The notes below the pieces were generated by a model, which did no database searches, was not told the DNA's origin, and worked only from the letters and a program-made list of their open reading frames with translations. 64,000 nt of DNA from Acidilobaceae archaeon (lineage in GTDB: Archaea; Thermoproteota; Thermoprotei_A; Sulfolobales; Acidilobaceae): assembly GCA_038824665.1 (NCBI GenBank), contig JAWBBK010000001.1, forward strand, positions 160,001 to 224,000, in the 5' to 3' direction. The position numbers and the translations under genes are program-made. Positions 10,884 to 19,906 of the stretch are shown here, piece by piece. Numbering within the stretch: position 1 is the stretch's first letter; every line of letters starts with the position of its first letter.

Positions 10884-12458
10884 TCAGACTGAAATCGAGA
10901 CGTAACTGACTGATCCGTTTTTGAGTGATGCAGAGTCTTCTGAAGACGTTTGCTCATTTCTTTTTCCTATCTCAAAGTCTGTTCGTTTTAAAAGGTCTCT
11001 ATTTAACCACTCCTCGAAGTTATATACCGATATCAAAACCGGCGGTCTATCTCCTATCTTCAAAAACGCATGTCCGACCGGCAGTCTGAGAAGGTCCTCT
11101 GGACTAGGTATTCCTAGTCGGTGAACGAACTCTGTATAGTTTTTAGTAAAGCCTCCGAAGACTATTGCGGTTCTTGTGTTGTCTAAAACAATTGGAGGTA
11201 CGTCGGTTGGCGATTGAGTAGCATAGATCAGGTGTAGCTTTTTGCTTCTTCCCTCTCTAGCGGCTAGAGTCAAATGAAAAGCCACGTTAGTGGAGATCCT
11301 CCAAGCTTCATCTATAACGACAACTACTCTTCCTGCTAGTCCTCTCTCCTCAGCTTCAACTATGAGGCTTGAAAGCGCTAACGCTACCGCTACGTTTCTC
11401 TCACTGCTTTCAAGCTCTGAGAGGTCGTAAACTACAAGTCCGCGCTCTAGGAGAGACCCTTGACATGTATAGATTTCTACGCTCTTAGTCCAAGAGGTCT
11501 CTCTGCTTGAGTCTAATAACTTCAGAGCGAGATCCCTTGTTGAAGGGAATGGAATACAGCTACTCTTTCTGACCTTATTTACTCTGGTCGCTACTCTCAG
11601 CAAAAGCCTCGTGAGGTCGCCTTTAGGGTCTAGGACTAAAACCATATGGGGATCGAGCGAGAGGTCAGACATTATTCCTAGCTGAGCCGCTATGCCGGCT
11701 AGTAGCACGCTCTTGCCTCTTCCGGTTGGTCCAAAAACTCCAACATGAGCTTCGAAATCTCCAGGCCAGGAGAGCGTCACTACGCTATGTTCTCCTGCTC
11801 TCCTTCCTAGAACTACTCCTAGCGGCTCATGAAAGTCTGAGGAGGAGATCATGATTGGCTTTAGCTTCAACGAGTCTTCTATAGATGGAGGTCTCAGAAG
11901 ATCTACAAAACTTCTAACCTCGACCTCTCTGAAAGAGACGCCTGTCTCTGCTTCTAGCAGAGCTCTAAAAGATCCAGCAACCTCTTTTACAGGTTCTCTG
12001 TCAGGGACCCAAACTACTACTGCGAGAGATCCAACGAGAGGTCTGTAATCAGTTAACACTCTCTTATAGAGTTCTCTTAAAAACTTCGTCCTTTCTAAGT
12101 ATCTTATATGTTTTGATGATTCATATGCTAACTCAGCTCTCTTCAGCTCATCATCTATGTGACTCAAGAGTCGTCCTTTGTTTATAGTGAATGCTGTCGA
12201 CACTAAAGTCACACTGACTCCCAGCGATCTAGCTATCTCTCCAATCCTTTCTGCGAGGAGCCGATCTCCCTCGAGCACCTTATCGGCTAGAAACGCTACA
12301 CCTTTGTATCTTCTGTTGTCGATCTCTACTTCCATTCTACCTGTCTCTGAAACCTGCAAGGGGTAAAGCACGTCTCGCGAGAAGAGCATGTTCTTAGCGA
12401 TCAAGAATAAAGAGGTCCCAGCTAAAACAACTATAGCTATATCGATCAAGGAAACCAC
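10884..12458 (-). CDS. cedB: CedB-like membrane-anchored HerA/VirB4-family ATPase (crenarchaeal DNA import)
   Basis: N-terminal TM, HVGVFGPTGRGKS Walker A, LVLDPKGD, VVVIDEAW Walker B, REGRS, ATQSP; directly downstream of cedA-like gene. Confidence 0.85.
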   Translation of the reverse strand: MVSLIDIAIVVLAGTSLFLIAKNMLFSRDVLYPLQVSETGRMEVEIDNRRYKGVAFLADKVLEGDRLLAERIGEIARSLGVSVTLVSTAFTINKGRLLSHIDDELKRAELAYESSKHIRYLERTKFLRELYKRVLTDYRPLVGSLAVVVWVPDREPVKEVAGSFRALLEAETGVSFREVEVRSFVDLLRPPSIEDSLKLKPIMISSSDFHEPLGVVLGRRAGEHSVVTLSWPGDFEAHVGVFGPTGRGKSVLLAGIAAQLGIMSDLSLDPHMVLVLDPKGDLTRLLLRVATRVNKVRKSSCIPFPSTRDLALKLLDSSRETSWTKSVEIYTCQGSLLERGLVVYDLSELESSERNVAVALALSSLIVEAEERGLAGRVVVVIDEAWRISTNVAFHLTLAAREGRSKKLHLIYATQSPTDVPPIVLDNTRTAIVFGGFTKNYTEFVHRLGIPSPEDLLRLPVGHAFLKIGDRPPVLISVYNFEEWLNRDLLKRTDFEIGKRNEQTSSEDSASLKNGSVSYVSISV

Positions 12459-12459
12459 T

Positions 12460-13833
12460 CTACACCACTCTCATACTGAGCTTACCTTTACCTCCAAGGA
12501 GCCTCGTCACCGTAGCTGTAGTTAGGAAGAGAGTAGTTACGTAAAGAGTAGGGACTGTGAGATAGTAAAGCACGAAGGACTTAAAGAGGTTCCAGTCTAT
12601 GAGAACTGCCTGCGAGGCCACATAGTCCAGATAGTCTAATGTAGAGACGCTTGAGAACGTAGGGTTTTCACAATCTTTGATTGAGAGCTGGACTCTAATC
12701 TCTCCAGACTTTAACCCAACGAATCTGATAGCATTGCCTTCTACTCCTCTCCATCGCCATACTCCTTTCTTTATCTCTACATCTCCATAGTGTCTAATCT
12801 CGACGCTACACAACCTGTGATATCTGACATCTATGTAGTCCCCAGCTTCAGCTTTGATCTTCACTTCCCACATACCCTCTTTGTATTCGAGGCTGTGCAA
12901 AGTGGTAGACGAGAATACAGCAACGCCAGGCTCGGCTACGAGGATCAGATGAGGAGCCCTTAGGACAAAGTCTTTGTTCTCCGATTTCACAACGAGAGGC
13001 CATGGAGAGAGTCCGAACTCCGTTCCCACATATTGGAGATAAGCGTAAAGGGTTTTATTGACTGGAAGAGCTACGATCTCGTAGTGGGAAACATAGCTTG
13101 ATCTCGCTATACCGTTTTCTGTGAGTTCGTAAATAGCTACCGCATCTCCCTTCTCGTTTCTTAACACCAGAACTCCGAAGCTGACTGGATGCCCGTAAGC
13201 GCTTGTCACAGAAACTCTAGAGATAGAAAAGGGCTCTAGAGAGATCTGTTGTAGCTTTTCAGACCCTAGTTGAATCAAGAAAACAGGGAGCAGAGGTAAA
13301 CCTATGCTAAACACTAGGACAAAAGAGATCAGCCACGCTCCAGCATCCTTTCCGATCTTTAAGGGTAGCGCGTAGAGAACTAGTCCTAAGCCTATCAAGA
13401 TATGCCCGTAGGATTTGACCAAAGTGGCTATAGCTGCTAGGACTACACAAAGCAATACTGTCAACGTAGCCATTCTAGACAAAGGCGACACCACGACGTT
13501 GATGAGTGGAGACAGCTTAGAGAAAAGAGGAAAGAAGGATATCAAGCTCTCTAAGACTTTAATCGTAGCTGATAGGGATAGAGCTCGAGATAACCATATA
13601 TCGAAGGCACCCCAGGTTCCTCCTAAGTAGTACGCTATCTTTCCTGTTGCGTCGTATATGGCGAACACTGTAAGAGCTAGGAAAAATGCATACACAGCGT
13701 CTACTAAGAGCTCAGGAGCGAGTCTCTTCAACCTAGCTACGGGTACAGGAAGAGCGTAGACGAGAACTCCTAGATAGAACGTTAGCACGGCAAGCTTAAT
13801 GGCTAGGATAACGAAGTCCTCGGTTTCAGACAT
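12460..13833 (-). CDS. cedA: CedA-like multi-pass membrane protein (DNA import channel)
   Basis: YLGVLVYALPVP..LKRLAPELLVD and LYALPLKIGKDAGAWLISF..GLPLLP patterns of CedA; ~6 TM, large extracytoplasmic domain, C-terminal TM. Confidence 0.85.
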   Translation of the reverse strand: MSETEDFVILAIKLAVLTFYLGVLVYALPVPVARLKRLAPELLVDAVYAFFLALTVFAIYDATGKIAYYLGGTWGAFDIWLSRALSLSATIKVLESLISFFPLFSKLSPLINVVVSPLSRMATLTVLLCVVLAAIATLVKSYGHILIGLGLVLYALPLKIGKDAGAWLISFVLVFSIGLPLLPVFLIQLGSEKLQQISLEPFSISRVSVTSAYGHPVSFGVLVLRNEKGDAVAIYELTENGIARSSYVSHYEIVALPVNKTLYAYLQYVGTEFGLSPWPLVVKSENKDFVLRAPHLILVAEPGVAVFSSTTLHSLEYKEGMWEVKIKAEAGDYIDVRYHRLCSVEIRHYGDVEIKKGVWRWRGVEGNAIRFVGLKSGEIRVQLSIKDCENPTFSSVSTLDYLDYVASQAVLIDWNLFKSFVLYYLTVPTLYVTTLFLTTATVTRLLGGKGKLSMRVV

Positions 13834-13840
13834 ATTTAAA

Positions 13841-14092
13841 CTACCTGATCGAGTTAGCCAAGACTGAGGTCACATACACTATTATCTTGAATACAAGAGA
13901 TCCGCTGGCCAGCCAGAAGGCAGCCCATACAGCGTCTTCTGCTAGACTACCTCCGATCTTCTTGATCTTGGGCAGAGGTACAGGAACCCCTCTAAGAGTC
14001 CAAGCTATGCTCCACGTCAGGAGCAAGAGAGCCCAAGCCAGCGCAGTGATCTTTGTAGTCCACTCGTCGATAACTTGAATTAAAGAGTCCAT
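13841..14092 (-). CDS. cedA1: CedA1-like small membrane protein (VirB2-like pilin)
   Basis: 83 aa, LAWALLLLTWSIAWTLRGVPVP..KIKKIGGSLAEDAVWAAFWLA pattern; immediately upstream of cedA. Confidence 0.85.
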   Translation of the reverse strand: MDSLIQVIDEWTTKITALAWALLLLTWSIAWTLRGVPVPLPKIKKIGGSLAEDAVWAAFWLASGSLVFKIIVYVTSVLANSIR

Positions 14093-14206
14093 TACGACGC
14101 CCTAGGACCAGGAGAAGCTATAAGTTGCAGAGAGTCTCTCAGGTGACACTAGTTTTCGCTAAGCGATACTTTAAGAGCTTCAGGACTGACATAGTCGGAA
14201 AAGGGC

Positions 14207-15115
14207 ATGCTTTTGAAGGTTAGAATTCTAGGAGCGGACAGCATGGGCGTTAGAAGCCTGGCTACTCTCATAGACTGCAACGGTGTTCTCATCGGCATCG
14301 ACCTAGGAGCCTCACTTGCCCCAGTCAGGTTTGGGCTTCCTCCTCACGAGTTAGAATTCAGAAGACTTGAGGAAACCTTAGATCTGATTAGAAGAGCTTT
14401 AGCGGAGTCTCAAATTACGGTGATAACACACTATCACTACGATCATTACATGAGGGACGAAATAGAACTCTACTTCGGAAAGACCCTTATAGTGAAGGAC
14501 CCTCATAGAGACATAAACTTCAGTCAGAGAATTAGAAGTTATAGGTTTCTGAAGAAGAGCGGCTTAATTCATAAAGCTAAGGTCGAGCTAGGAGACGGTA
14601 GAACCTTTTCTATAGAGAAGGACTTGACAATAGAAGTCTCTCCTCCAGTCTGGCATGGAGAGACAGAGAGCGCTGTAGGAAAGGTCTTGATGGTTAAGAT
14701 ACTTTGTAACGATACTGTTGCGATCTTTGCTAGCGACACGCAGGGTCCTGTAGACGACAAGGCTTTAAGGACTTTGTTAGACTGGTCCGAATCAAGGGTT
14801 AAGTTTCTAATAATGGGAGGACCCGCTACATATCTTGAGGGACTTAAGATCAAGAAGAAAGCGTCAGAGAAGGGGCTTGACAACCTCTTTCGCCTAATAG
14901 AGACCGCTAAACCTGAGACCCTCATAGTAGATCATCATCTTCTCAGAGACGAGAATTACAGAACGTATTTAGAGAGACATATACAGGCTGCTAGTCAGCA
15001 TAAAGTAAGGTTAGTGACTGCAGCAGAACATGAGGGCAGACCTATAGAACAGTTAGAGGCAAAGAGGAGGGAGCTTTGGAGAAGGGATATAGAAGACCTG
15101 GATTCATATTCTTAG
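14207..15115 (+). CDS. MBL-fold metallo-hydrolase (UPF0282-like)
   Basis: GADSMGVRS, ITHYHYDHY, PVWHG, ASDTQGP, DHHLLRD. Confidence 0.9.
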   Translation: MLLKVRILGADSMGVRSLATLIDCNGVLIGIDLGASLAPVRFGLPPHELEFRRLEETLDLIRRALAESQITVITHYHYDHYMRDEIELYFGKTLIVKDPHRDINFSQRIRSYRFLKKSGLIHKAKVELGDGRTFSIEKDLTIEVSPPVWHGETESAVGKVLMVKILCNDTVAIFASDTQGPVDDKALRTLLDWSESRVKFLIMGGPATYLEGLKIKKKASEKGLDNLFRLIETAKPETLIVDHHLLRDENYRTYLERHIQAASQHKVRLVTAAEHEGRPIEQLEAKRRELWRRDIEDLDSYS

Positions 15116-15783
15116 AGTGTGCGGTCGAGATAGTTCCACCTCAAATCAGAAGCCATCCAAAGGTTTTGAAGAGCGCTAAGAGGTATTCCACTAGCCCAGA
15201 ACTAATGCTCCTCGACAAGAGCATACACTACCAAGCTATGAGGAGCTTAGAAAAGAGGTGGAAGAGAGGAAGGCCCGATATACTGCATGCATGTCTTCTT
15301 GTTTTAAGCGATACTCCACTTCGTTCTCGAGGAACTTTAGGAGTCTACTTCCAGTCTTACGACGGCAGGGTTTTCGAAGTGAACTCTATCACTAGGATTC
15401 CAAAGACTTATGAGAGATTCAAAGGGGTCATAGCTAGCGTCTTGGTCCGGGAGAGAGTCTCCGACGAAGAGGGAAGACCTTTGATATTCAAAATAGCCGA
15501 CAGCTTACAGGAGTTCCTTTTGAAGACCGGTTATGATTTGTTTCTGTTTTGGGAAAGGGGTCAACCTATTGAGGTCGAGGAGTTGGCCGAGTTAGCGATA
15601 GAGACAGGAGCACTAATCGGTATCGGATGTTTTCCTAGAGGAGACTTTGAAGAAGTGACGGTTAGCTTAGCTAAAAAGAAGTTCTCAGTCTTTTGTGGCG
15701 AGAAGCTTACAGCGTGGGGTGTCGCGTTCAGAGCGCTGACAGCTTTAGAGAAAATAACGCTTAAAGACTGTCGGACTCTCTAG
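15076..15783 (+). CDS. nep1: 16S rRNA pseudouridine N1-methyltransferase Nep1/Emg1
   Basis: LLDKSIHYQAM, KRGRPDILH, TRIPKTYERF, IGCFPRGDF. Confidence 0.92.
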   Translation: MEKGYRRPGFIFLECAVEIVPPQIRSHPKVLKSAKRYSTSPELMLLDKSIHYQAMRSLEKRWKRGRPDILHACLLVLSDTPLRSRGTLGVYFQSYDGRVFEVNSITRIPKTYERFKGVIASVLVRERVSDEEGRPLIFKIADSLQEFLLKTGYDLFLFWERGQPIEVEELAELAIETGALIGIGCFPRGDFEEVTVSLAKKKFSVFCGEKLTAWGVAFRALTALEKITLKDCRTL

Positions 15784-15815
15784 AAAGGTAAAGACAAGGA
15801 AAAAGTGGTGCTGTA

Positions 15816-16283
15816 TTGATGGAACGAGGTAAGGAAGACAGGCTGATTAAGGTTTCAGATGTTGTAGTCAGCTGGAAGCAGATTCAAGACCCCTATACGG
15901 GTTATACTGACTACGTTCTTGGACTCGACCTGATACTAGAGGATAAGAGAGTCTTTAGCATGGTCAACATACCTTCGGACGTAGCTGAAGCGATTAGAGT
16001 TATGAAAGGCGAGGCGCAAGCTCCTCGTAGACAGAGCTTTTTCGTTCTCGCCCTCTTTCACGAATCTTTGAAAGAGGCGCTTTCACAACACATAGAAGAT
16101 GTGGTGATAGACGAGCTAGACAGAGCTACAGGACTCTACTCGGCTTCTGTGAGGTTCACTGAGAACGGTGCTGTGCTTACGATAAAAATGATACCTAGTC
16201 ACGCTGTGTTCTTGGCGCTATTATCGAATAAGCCCATATATGTTCTTGAAAAGCTGGTCGAAGACAGCTATGTAGAGCCATAA
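15816..16283 (+). CDS. Bifunctional nuclease (BFN/DUF151) domain protein
   Basis: VVIDEL..LYSASV, MIPSHAVFLAL..PIYV resembles the DUF151 C-terminal motif. Confidence 0.75.
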   Translation: MMERGKEDRLIKVSDVVVSWKQIQDPYTGYTDYVLGLDLILEDKRVFSMVNIPSDVAEAIRVMKGEAQAPRRQSFFVLALFHESLKEALSQHIEDVVIDELDRATGLYSASVRFTENGAVLTIKMIPSHAVFLALLSNKPIYVLEKLVEDSYVEP

Positions 16284-16927
16284 GTTGTTATGAAGTCTTA
16301 GACCTAGAGGTTGAATTAGTAGCTTTTACTTTCCTATGTTCAGCGCTCTCCTCCTTAATACTTAGAATATCGATTTATCATATCGAATTATCGTAATAGA
16401 AGCTGAGAATTGGGAACATTTCATCAATCGTTATTGGTTATAAGCCATGCTCATAAATATCGAGTTGTTTTTAGCTTTATGTCAAGAGATAGAACTCGCG
16501 TCTTATAGTTGGTAACTGACAGGTTACAGACTTTCACGTTTTAACGTTAGTCTTTAGCTATACGCTTCTCAACTGTTTGTTCTCTTTTCCACTTTATCTG
16601 TGGAAATACACTACTTACCTGTCGCTTGCTGTTCATCTCGTTCCCTTGAGAGAGGCTGGGACACATGTTGTTGACAGACCTTGTTGAGCTTATCCATGTG
16701 GTGAGAGTTCTATCTGTGCACAAGTGTTTGTATGCTTTCTAGGTGTTTAACATCAACGTATCTCTCAATGTTAACGTGTGATTTAAAATAGGAAAAGCTG
16801 TGACGGTTACAAAACATATAAACAACCTGAATGGATTTTAAAGAGAAAGCGATCTAAAACTAAAATTTATGAATCAAGAGCCGATATCAAACCGTGTCAA
16901 CTAATATGAAATCCAAACCTCGAGAGG

Positions 16928-18007
16928 TCAGTTTCTGATCTTCAGACCCAGTAGCTCACAGGCTCTTCTGAACTCTTGAAGGCTTATTGGCAACCAGCTT
17001 GAAATCTCTGAGTAGTCTTCTAAAGTGACATAAGAACCCATTAAGCTTCTTTTCGCTCTGACCTCAAGCTCTTTTAGAAGTCTTCTTCTCATGTCTCTAA
17101 AGCTCATACACGAGATAACAGCCTTATCTACATCACCTCTGAATTCATAGATCGCTTTTAGTAGCACACATAATAGTCTCGAAGGTCTTGTAGGAACTCC
17201 TACGTTAGAGCCTTTCAGTTCTATTCTTCTTAGCTTACCCCAAGGAACTAGAGATTCGAGAAAACTCCTCGATCTGAAGTCGTCTTCATTGTGAGCAACG
17301 GGGAGCACGTATGCATCATAGCTGTAGACTTCTTCGGGAGTTAGAGCTTTCGAGGCAGTCTTGGTTATCACAGCCACTCTATCTATGCCTCGGCTCCAGA
17401 GGAACTCAGCAGAACTCCTAGAGGTCAAGATCACTCTGTTGTGACCCACGCTCTTCTCCAAAGCCTCTAAGAGTTTGGGAATAGAACTGGTTATCACTAA
17501 GTTCTCATCCCAAACGTATCTTCTGATGTACTCAATAGCGGTAGCGATATCTACATCTAGATCTACTCCTTCAAAAAAGAAGTCTCTTAGCTCTAGTGAC
17601 TCTCTTCCCTTTAGGGCTCCTAAGTCTACTATGAAGAAGGGCCTGACCTCTTGCGACGTCAGTTTGGCTAGAGCCTCTCGAGATATGACTATCTTTTCAA
17701 GACATTTATGTCTGCGAACCAGGGCTACATCAGCCTTTACTTGGCCTGGAGGCACTACTATTCGGAACGTCTGCTGACTTAAGCTCTCCGTTCTGAGAAC
17801 CTCGCCTAACACGCTTTCGTAGCATAATACTGCATCGTTTAGAAGGACCTCTAGAGCTACTTTCTGAAATCCATACTTAAACAATACGTTTTGGTTAGAA
17901 ACTAGTCTAACTCCAACATCATGAATTCCTTTAAGCTCGAGGACCTCTAGGAAGACTTCGCGAAGAGTCTTGAAGCTGCTCAATTCTTCCTCTTTATAGG
18001 TACTCAT
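16928..18007 (-). CDS. trm10: tRNA m1A9/m1G9 methyltransferase Trm10-like (SPOUT)
   Basis: PFFIVDL, IRRYVWDENL, RRIELKGSNVGVPTRPSRL; crenarchaeal Trm10 pattern, divergent. Confidence 0.7.
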   Translation of the reverse strand: MSTYKEEELSSFKTLREVFLEVLELKGIHDVGVRLVSNQNVLFKYGFQKVALEVLLNDAVLCYESVLGEVLRTESLSQQTFRIVVPPGQVKADVALVRRHKCLEKIVISREALAKLTSQEVRPFFIVDLGALKGRESLELRDFFFEGVDLDVDIATAIEYIRRYVWDENLVITSSIPKLLEALEKSVGHNRVILTSRSSAEFLWSRGIDRVAVITKTASKALTPEEVYSYDAYVLPVAHNEDDFRSRSFLESLVPWGKLRRIELKGSNVGVPTRPSRLLCVLLKAIYEFRGDVDKAVISCMSFRDMRRRLLKELEVRAKRSLMGSYVTLEDYSEISSWLPISLQEFRRACELLGLKIRN

Positions 18008-18731
18008 CCAGGCTTTTATAGTAAACGTTAGACTTCTTCTTTATCTTCTTATATCCTAGCTTCTCTAGAGTCTCCCAAGAATATCTGAGAATTGGAAGGC
18101 GATCACCTCTTTTGAGGACCATTTCAAGCCATTTCAGAGTCCTCTCGTCTGAGGGATAACCGCTTCCCTCAACTCCATAAATGTCCGTAAGAACCTTTAT
18201 TCTAACATCTCTGAGGTGTTTAGCTATAATGCTTGCAGCCGCTACCTCAACATATTTATCATCCGCTTTCTCTTCAATTAGGATTTGTCCTTTAAACCCT
18301 TTGGCTCTGAGCTTAGAGAGAAGTCTAGAAGGGTCTCCAAATCGATCTATCACGATCTTGGCTTGAAGAATTTCGTCTCCTAGTCTAGCTCTTAGGTTTT
18401 CTAGCAAACTCAGAATCTTGACCTCCTCTAGGACGTTTACGTTGTATGTGTCTATCTCTCGAGGGGTCACAACGGTTACCGAAAAGGGCCACCTCTTAAG
18501 CACATGATATAAATCTCTCCTCTGCTTCTCGCTTAACTTTTTACTGTCCTTAACTCCTAACTCTATGAGAGTTTTCTCATCTTCATCGCTTATGACTATA
18601 GCTGCTATAAACATCTCTCCTACGATGCTCCCTCTGCCAGCCTCATCAATGCCTATCCTCAGCAAGCTGCCTGAAGGCATCGAACCCATTGAAGCTGGCC
18701 GTTGTCGTGACGAGAACTCTAACATCAACAA
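17994..18731 (-). CDS. rnhB: Ribonuclease HII
   Basis: GIDEAGRG, GVKDSKKL, EEKADD..VAAASIIAK, GSGYPSD, C-terminal PIP box KSLDEYL; true start probably ATG ~18690. Confidence 0.97.
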   Translation of the reverse strand: MLMLEFSSRQRPASMGSMPSGSLLRIGIDEAGRGSIVGEMFIAAIVISDEDEKTLIELGVKDSKKLSEKQRRDLYHVLKRWPFSVTVVTPREIDTYNVNVLEEVKILSLLENLRARLGDEILQAKIVIDRFGDPSRLLSKLRAKGFKGQILIEEKADDKYVEVAAASIIAKHLRDVRIKVLTDIYGVEGSGYPSDERTLKWLEMVLKRGDRLPILRYSWETLEKLGYKKIKKKSNVYYKSLDEYL

Positions 18732-18732
18732 G

Positions 18733-19806
18733 TCATCTCCTAGGTTTTGTTTGTGAAGCTAAGGCTTTGACCCATTTAATTATCTTATGCTCAGGAGTCT
18801 CTAGGACTTCTAGAACTTTTTGAGAATCTACTCTGTGCTTTTCTGGGTCTCTCAATATGCTCTTTAAAACCTCTTTTGCTTCCTCGTAGTTTTTAGCGTA
18901 GGTTATAGATAAGCCTAGCTCAGCTAGCTTGAGGTCTATCTTTATCGGCTTATGAAAGACAGAGATGCCAGGAACTCCTAGAAGCGCTGCCTCTCTAGCC
19001 ATTGTTATCCCACCTGTAGCTACGGCAGCAGCATAACACTCTAACGCAGGTCCGAGAACAGGTTCGTCGACTACTTTGACCCCTTTGAGGGAAGTCAAGA
19101 CGCTCCTTTGTTCTTCATATCTGGGGAACAGGACTGGTTTATAGCCTTCATTCAAAACAACTTCTATTAGCTTAAACACTAAGCTCTCTCCACGGAACTC
19201 GTAGTAATGTGCTTTGAACTCTTCAGGTCTTAAGAGCACATAGCCGAGAGGCTCTAGACCTAGTTTCTTCACTTCCTCTAAATGTTCTTTACATTTGAAC
19301 TTCTTTATCCAGAGTAACTCGTCTACGCCAGCATAGGTCTCTATTATAGTGAAGTCCTTGAGAAAGAACTTAGCCAAATCTTCAATTACGAACTCACTTA
19401 TCACTGCAACCTTAGCTAAAGGATAAGACAATCTGTTCATAGCTTCTCCATGTGGAGTGTCCCCCATAGCTATGTATGGAATGCCGAGCCCGTAAGCTAC
19501 TCTAACGGCAGGAGGCGAAGGGTAAGAGATCAGAGCCACCACGTTTTTGTCTTCGAGAACTGAGAGCAGGTCTATCATTCTCCCTATATCGGCTACGAGC
19601 TTTCCTTTGAGCGACTCTCCTCCGTGAACTCCCACAACGACGTAGCTGAAGGGTTTAAGCTTTGAAAGCATCTTCAAACTATAGTCATAACTCCTTACAG
19701 TAATGAGAGGCTTAAATCCTTCGGCTTCTAGGGCTTCAGCTAGACTTGCTGATAGGAGGAGTCTTTTAGGAGTCGAGGCGTCGAGCCATACTACTTCAGA
19801 ACCCAG
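18733..19806 (-). CDS. DUF354 family GT-B-fold protein (probable CTG start)
   Basis: Frame stays open 43 codons upstream of the track start: (L)GSEVVWLDASTPKRL..; DTPH, LRPEEFKAHYY, GGITMAREAALLGVP. Confidence 0.85.
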   Translation of the reverse strand: MGSEVVWLDASTPKRLLLSASLAEALEAEGFKPLITVRSYDYSLKMLSKLKPFSYVVVGVHGGESLKGKLVADIGRMIDLLSVLEDKNVVALISYPSPPAVRVAYGLGIPYIAMGDTPHGEAMNRLSYPLAKVAVISEFVIEDLAKFFLKDFTIIETYAGVDELLWIKKFKCKEHLEEVKKLGLEPLGYVLLRPEEFKAHYYEFRGESLVFKLIEVVLNEGYKPVLFPRYEEQRSVLTSLKGVKVVDEPVLGPALECYAAAVATGGITMAREAALLGVPGISVFHKPIKIDLKLAELGLSITYAKNYEEAKEVLKSILRDPEKHRVDSQKVLEVLETPEHKIIKWVKALASQTKPRR

Positions 19807-19906
19807 CTCGTTCCACCGCTGCTACCAGCTCTGACTTCGCTTTAATTTATGTTCTATATCTCTTATTTAAGATTCTGTTCTGAAACACTGCTACGGAGAT
19901 TAAACG

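Noticed and set aside
14093-14206. UV-box (ANTTTC) or cedA2 upstream of cedA1
   Set aside because: No ORF fits and no exact motif in the correct orientation and position
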